From Eledone cirrhosa (Eukaryota), in NCBI GenBank assembly GCA_964016885.1, contig OZ024750.1, positions 38,440,001-38,504,000 on the forward strand: a stretch of 64,000 bases of DNA. Reading direction: 5' to 3'. Below are positions 57,251 to 64,000 of the stretch, piece after piece. Position 1 is the stretch's first letter. Every line of letters begins with the position of its first letter. The position numbers and the translations under genes are program-made. The notes beneath the pieces were generated by a model. The model saw only the letters and a list, made by a program, of their open reading frames with translations, had not been told where the DNA came from and ran no database searches.

Positions 57251-58674
57251 GGCGACCTACGTAGGAAATCGTATCATCGTGAGCTCCGCAAAGGTTTGTT
57301 GTTTTCGTTTGTTTAAAATTGCCATTTATGGAAAATTTTTGTTGTTAACTATTTATAAGGTCACAAAATTTGCTTTCGGAAAAGGACACTCAAAAAGATT
57401 GGGGCCTTGAGCCCAAAATTTAAACTTTAATAATTATCAAACAAAAAAAATTTCTTTGAAAAATCATGGATGACTCACAGCCACACCTTCCTCACAAACT
57501 AACACCTCACACCGACACCACCATTGTAAATATTACTACGTTTGCCAACACCAAAAATATAAGCAGTAGCAATAATTTAAATTTGTCTCATGCAGACATT
57601 CATTTCCCGCCATTACCAATGACTGCAGGTGTTGAAGCCACCACCACAGCGACAACAGAAACAAAAGAAAAAAAAAATTTTCTCGTGACATCGAAATGGA
57701 TTCACCCAGAATGAACTCTTCCACACCGAACACCACTGACGCCACCACCACCACAACTGAAACTAAAAATAACAATAACAAAAATAACGATAACAACAAC
57801 AGCAACAACAACAATGAGAATAAGAAAACCACCCTGTCTTTTACCAGAGTAGCAAAAAAGTGCGAAGGAGGAATTAGATGAAGCCAAGAGAATGGTAAAG
57901 AAAGATGGGTACATAGTCAGCCCCCCCCCCACACACACACCTAATAAAATGGAGCATCGGACGATTAACATAAAATCGCGCCGAGTGGAACGAGCATCCG
58001 AGTCCAAATCCCAAAAGCTTTGGGACATGTGTGGGCAAAAAAAAACCACATCAGACGTGGGAAGAAATATGGAGCCGTGGACGTGTTCTTTGGAACACCA
58101 CAGGAGGCCAGAGAACACCCCATGGCCCCATTAAGAATGACGACTTCACATTCGTCCCAAGTTATTGTGGCCAGAGACTCGCGAAGATCAGGGTGACCCA
58201 CGTTTCACCGCCCATCGAAATTCCCTGGCTAATGGCTGCCGTCCTCGCCGGCATCGAGGCCAACACCAAGATAATCGAAATAGCGAAAGAAAAGCAGGAG
58301 AACTGGTCCGGATCTGGGATGGAGCTCCTGATCCAAGCGGACCCAAAAGCATTGAGATCCCAGAGGTAATAGGCCTCACTGACGGCAGCGATTTCACCGT
58401 AATCGTCGAGGGCAGAAGGCCTAGGTGTGTCGTTTGTGGTGAAGGAACCCACCTAAGGGCTTTCTGCCCTCAGGCTAAAAGGTTGAGGCCACCACTCTTA
58501 CCCACCACAGTGACTTAACCAACAACACCACCAGCAGCAGCAGCAGAAATGGCAGCAACAACAGAAGCAACTGTAACAGCAACAACCCCAGCAACAGTAG
58601 CAAAACCAACACCACCACCACCCAACGCGCCAGAACTAGCACCAGCGCCTACACCATCCACCACGCCACAACCA
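57251..58674 (+). mobile_element. Probable 5' end and ORF1 (gag-like CCHC knuckle) of a Tx1/L1-like LINE, frameshifted and truncated
   Basis: VIVEGRRPRCVVCGEGTHLRAFCP (CX2CX4HX4C); begins immediately after (ATT)n. Confidence 0.7.
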
Positions 58675-58773
58675 AAACCTTGGTGGGGTTGCCAGTTTAG
58701 TCGCCAACGACCCGACCATGAGACAGGTTGTACTGGGATACATGTTACCAGTAGCACCAACTGGTGACCTGAC
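58675..58773 (-). mobile_element. ~605-bp element, copy 4 (5' 100 bp only)
   Basis: Matches the 5' end of copy 1. Confidence 0.85.
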
Positions 58774-58949
58774 ATATATATACATACATACATATATATA
58801 TACATACATACACACATACATACCAGCGGCGAAGGGTAACCTGGAAAGCAGGGCATGCAGTCCAATCACCATGGCGGAAAGTGGGGCTGTGCAGCCTCCC
58901 CTTCTTCCCTCTAAATGACCCTACTAGTCAAAGCCGCATGTAGTATTAT

Positions 58950-59633
<684 letters not shown>

Positions 59634-60242
59634 TGGTGGCTGCCAACTCGTTTTTGAGTACGGCCACTACTTTATATCCATGTAGGAGAACCCCTACCGA
59701 TGCGCTGAACGAGTGTGACTTTTTAGTCCAGCCAGCGACTTGAAAACTCTGGTACAAACACTACACTTGTGACAATTATTGACACATAGTGCTGGGGCCA
59801 TGGTACCATGTGATGACAAGTGCAGAGAGATCTCCAGATACAAAGCAATGCCTGTGCCGTGAAGCTTTTATAGTGAGCAAAAGCACTGCACAAACCCAGT
59901 CCCACTCTCTTAACCAAGATGATATTTACCAAAAAGAAGAACATGTCAACATCATTGGATACCATCGGAGTTGCAAGTGTTATATCAGAGTTTTCCTTCT
60001 CCTAGAATTCTGCCTTGACAAAGGCTAAAGGGTCATCTCTCCCGGTGATTTTGGATGGCCATTGACTCTTAAGAGCTCCTTTGCCCTTTGACAGGTTTTG
60101 TTTTTAGTCCTGCAGGATGTCCAAAGTCACCCTCCTCACCAAGAAACCTTGGTGGGGTTGTAAGTTTAGTCGCCAACGATCCGACCATGAGACAGGTTGT
60201 ACTGGGATACATGTTACCAGTAGCACCAACTGGTGACCTGAC
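59634..60242 (-). mobile_element. ~605-bp RTE-derived element, copy 5 (full length)
   Basis: Reverse complement of copy 1; (CATA)n on both sides. Confidence 0.88.
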
Positions 60243-60325
60243 ATATATACATACATACATACATACATACATACATACATACATACATACATACATACAT
60301 ACATACATACATACATACATACATA

Positions 60326-62155
60326 CTGTTGAACGCCTGACCAAGAACTGGTACACCAATTTGATCCTTAGAGGTGAGAAGGAGCAGGTTAAGACTGATA
60401 GGATACATTACCAGAAGGGCATCTTTCAGGGTGATAGCTTGTCAGTACTACTCTTCGTTCTCTCACTGAATCCACTATCTTACCTACTCAGGAAACAAGG
60501 TGGACAAAGAAGTGGGCCCAGAAGTATCTCCCATCTTTTCTTTGTTGATGACCTGAAGTTGTATGGGCCAAATATCAATGACATCAAGAAACAATTGGAC
60601 CTCATTACACAATTTTCAACCGACATCAAAATGAAATTTGGTGAGTCCAAGTGTGCATATTTGGCAGTAAAACGTGGAAGAGCTGTGCCCTCCTCTAGAA
60701 ATCTAGATATGAACGGCCTGACAATACAACCTCTGCAGTCAGGTGACAACTACAGATATCTTGGACAGGATGAGAATGTCAGATATGATGGACCCATAAA
60801 TAAGGAGAGAACCAGAACTGAATACCTCAGAAGAGTAAAAAAAATATGGTCATCAGAACTGTCAGCATACAACAAATACATTGCCCACAATACCTATGCT
60901 GTGCCAATTATAACGCCAACATTTGGCCTACTGAACTGGTCATTGCAAGAACTAAGTGAGATGGATGTTAGAACTCGTAAACTTCTCAGTGTTACTGGGA
61001 ACTTTAACATCAATGGTGATGTGGATAGGCTATACTTCTCACGCAAGGAAGGTGGCCGGGGTCTAAAATCAATATTAACAACATATGAGACCCGGATAGT
61101 AACACTGAAGCAACACCTTCAACAGAGGAAAAAGGTTGGCGACCATCTTGCTCAGGTTTATGAGCATGAAAAAAGAAATATCATTAGAATAGCGACTGAT
61201 CTGGAGGAGAGATATGGAATAAAGCCTGATATAAATCTCTCACCCAGAGAAATCGGAAGATCCTATTCAATGTTCAAACAAGAAAAAAAAATTGACCAAT
61301 TTACAGAAAAAGTTGTGCATGGATACTTGAGGCGTAAAACACAGACCATAGAGGGGATAAACCACTCAAAAAGCCTGGCATGGAGTTCCGACAAGTTTAT
61401 GACATCACACCTTGAGGGATATCTCTATGCAATACAGGAACAAGAACTCCCTACCAAATATCTGCTGCACAAAAGAGGAGGGCCAGCAGCTGACAATAAA
61501 TGTAGGCTATGTAAAACAAAGATCGAGGATGTAAGCCACATTGTTGCCAGCTGCGAAAGAATGTCATCTCGCTACTACCTCCCCATGAGACACGATGGGA
61601 TAGCTAGAACTATCTGGAACGCACTTCGGAAAACAAAATTAACAACAAACGAGGAAGAATATATTGAGACAGATGGCACTAAGGAATACTGGTGGAACCT
61701 GAAAATAAAAACTGCCACCAAATTAAAGCACAACCGGCCTGATATTGTAGTTTGGGACCACACATTGAAAACGTGTTCTGTTGTGGAGATCAGCTGCCCA
61801 CTTGATGTAAACGTTGTCAGAAAAATACAGGAGAAGGAGGACATCTACGGACCATTGATGAGGAGCTTACAAATCCAGTATCCAAGATACACCTTTAGCT
61901 TCATACCCATCATTATTGGTGCTACGGGTTATATACCAACCCGCTTGGACCAAAGTATGACCGAACTTGGATTTGCGGACAAAAAGCGCAGCTCCCTAAT
62001 TCATAGTCTACAAATGGCTGCGATAGCTGGCACCTTCAAAATATGCAAAACATTCTTGCGATTCAAGGGATGACAATTTCTTTTCTTTTACAACCTTGCC
62101 ACCAGGAAAGTGGCCGGTCAAAAAAATATACTCGAAATTAAGAGAAAGAGAAAAC
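60326..62155 (+). mobile_element. R4/Dong-clade LINE, 5'-truncated, with an uninterrupted ORF to 62073
   Basis: GIFQGDSLS, HLFFVDDLKLY, YRYLG, CRLC..IEDVSHIVASC, RHD, HNRPDIVV, EISCP. Confidence 0.95.
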
Positions 62156-62163
62156 ATACATAC

Positions 62164-63065
62164 AAAAAATGGACCAATTTACAGAGAAAGTTGTGCATGG
62201 GTACCTGAAACGAAAAACACAGACCATAGAGGGGATAAATCATTCCAAAAGCCTGACATGGAGTTCCGACAAGTTTATGACATTCCACCTTGAAGGATAT
62301 CTCTATGTTATACAGGAACAAGAAATCCCTATCACATAAAAGAGGAGGGCCATCAGTCGACAATAAATGTAGGCTTTGTAAAACAAAGATTAAAAATATT
62401 AGCCTCATTGTTGCCAACTGCGAAATAATGTTGTCTCATTACTACCTCCCTATGAGACACGGTGTGATAGCTAGAACCATCTGGAGCGCCCTTAGGAAAA
62501 CAAGGTTAAAAACAAATGAGGAGAAATATGTTGAGATAGATGGCACTAAAGAATACTGATGGAACTTGAAAATAAAAAAACTGCCACCAAATTAAAGCAC
62601 AACCGTTGTTTGGAACCACACATTGAAAACGTGCTCTGTTGTAGAGATCAGCTGCCCACACTTGATGTCAACGTTGTAAGAAAAATACAAGAGAAGGAGG
62701 ACATCTCCGGACCATTGATGAGGAGTTTGCAGATCCAGAATCCAAGGTACACCTTCAGCTTCATCCCCATCATTATAATAAAGTACCAGTAATACACTGG
62801 GTAATTGCTGGCCTTGTGCCTAACGTAGAAACAATTATTGAAGATACAGGTTATATAATAACCCACTTGGACCAAAGTATAACTGAACTTGTGGACAAAG
62901 AACGCAGCTCCCTAATTCATAGATTACAAATGGCTACGATAGCTGGCACCTTCAAAATTTACAAAACATTCTTGCGATTCAAGGGATGACAATTTCTTTG
63001 CTTTATAACCTTGCCACAAGGAAGGTGGCCGGTCAAAAATGTACGCGAAATTAAGAGAGAGAAAT
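62164..63065 (+). mobile_element. Diverged head-to-tail partial copy of the same R4 family, with a SINE tail at 62777-62839
   Basis: Paralogous to 61285-62155; followed by (CATA)n-like sequence to 63480. Confidence 0.9.
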
Positions 63066-64000
63066 ACACACTCACACACATACATACATATATGCATACA
63101 TACATACACACATACATACACATACATACATTCACACATATATATATATATACATACACACATACATATGTACATATGCACATACACACACATACATATA
63201 TAAAAACCTACATACACACATACATATATAAAAACATACATACACACATACATACATATATATATAAATAGATAGACACATACATACATACATACATACA
63301 TACCTATACACATACATATATAAAAACCTACATACACACATATATATATAAAAACATACATACACACATACATATACAAAAACATACATACACACATACA
63401 TACATACATACATACATACATACATACATACATACATACATACATACATACATACATACATACACACATACACACATATAAGTTTTGCCTACTTTTTCCT
63501 AGAATGAAAAATATCTCGTGAATGCAAATGACTTCGCGAGATTTCACGTCATATCATATTTTTGTTATTATTTATTTTTATTGTTGTTGTGGTTGTTGTT
63601 GTTTTAGTACAGACGTTATTTTTCGGCTCGACGCCGAAAATAGTTGGTTGTTTAAAAAAATGTGAAATTGGCCGAGATAAATATTTGATAAAACCCCCCC
63701 AAAAAAACATAAAAAACAAAACACAACAAAAAAAGGAAAGTTGCCACAAGTAAAGGTTTTCTCGCTTTGTCTAATAAACATTTCGAATTTAAGCTATTAT
63801 GAAAAATAATTGCAAACGGTCAACTAGAAATATTTTTGGTTAGATGTTCTGACATGGAAATGTTTAACGGAGTCGACTACCAACAGATTCTATCCAAACG
63901 TGGTATTAAACTACTAGATACAATTGGTAAGAAGACATTTCATTATTTCATCGATATTTTTCTTCCATTTTAAAAAATCTGTTTGTGTGTGTGTCTGTGT

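Noticed and set aside
60088-60325. N-terminus of the 661-aa ORF
   Set aside because: Chance read-through of the antisense 605-bp element and (CATA)n into a truncated R4 ORF.

Overview
This is eukaryotic, intron-rich and repeat-saturated DNA. The SINE and MITE families resemble those of octopod cephalopods (inference). One host gene is supported: a 3-coding-exon testis-specific Ser/Thr kinase (TSSK family; exons 12682-12877, 32677-32978, 52182-52679; 331 aa) with two ~19-20 kb introns. Most of the rest is transposon-derived: Helitron, Penelope-like (GIY-YIG), RTE, R4/Dong, Tx1/L1, CRE, Ingi/Vingi-like, mariner, a piggyBac-type MITE and tRNA-SINEs, plus satellites and microsatellites. Four observations stand out. 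(1) Intron 1 holds a cluster of hammerhead-ribozyme-bearing non-coding elements of unrelated sequence, mostly in (TA)n tracts and often with fold-back arms, beside a 3-kb Penelope palindrome (candidate Penelope/retrozyme system). (2) Three tandem arrays (40, 78-79 and 35 bp) are amplified pieces of transposon coding sequence; the 40-bp satellite reads as a Helitron RepHel motif. (3) A young ~605-bp non-autonomous RTE derivative occurs five times. (4) Retroelement families appear partitioned by microsatellite: TA, CATA/TATG and ATT. Most long ORFs in the supplied track are microsatellite artefacts.
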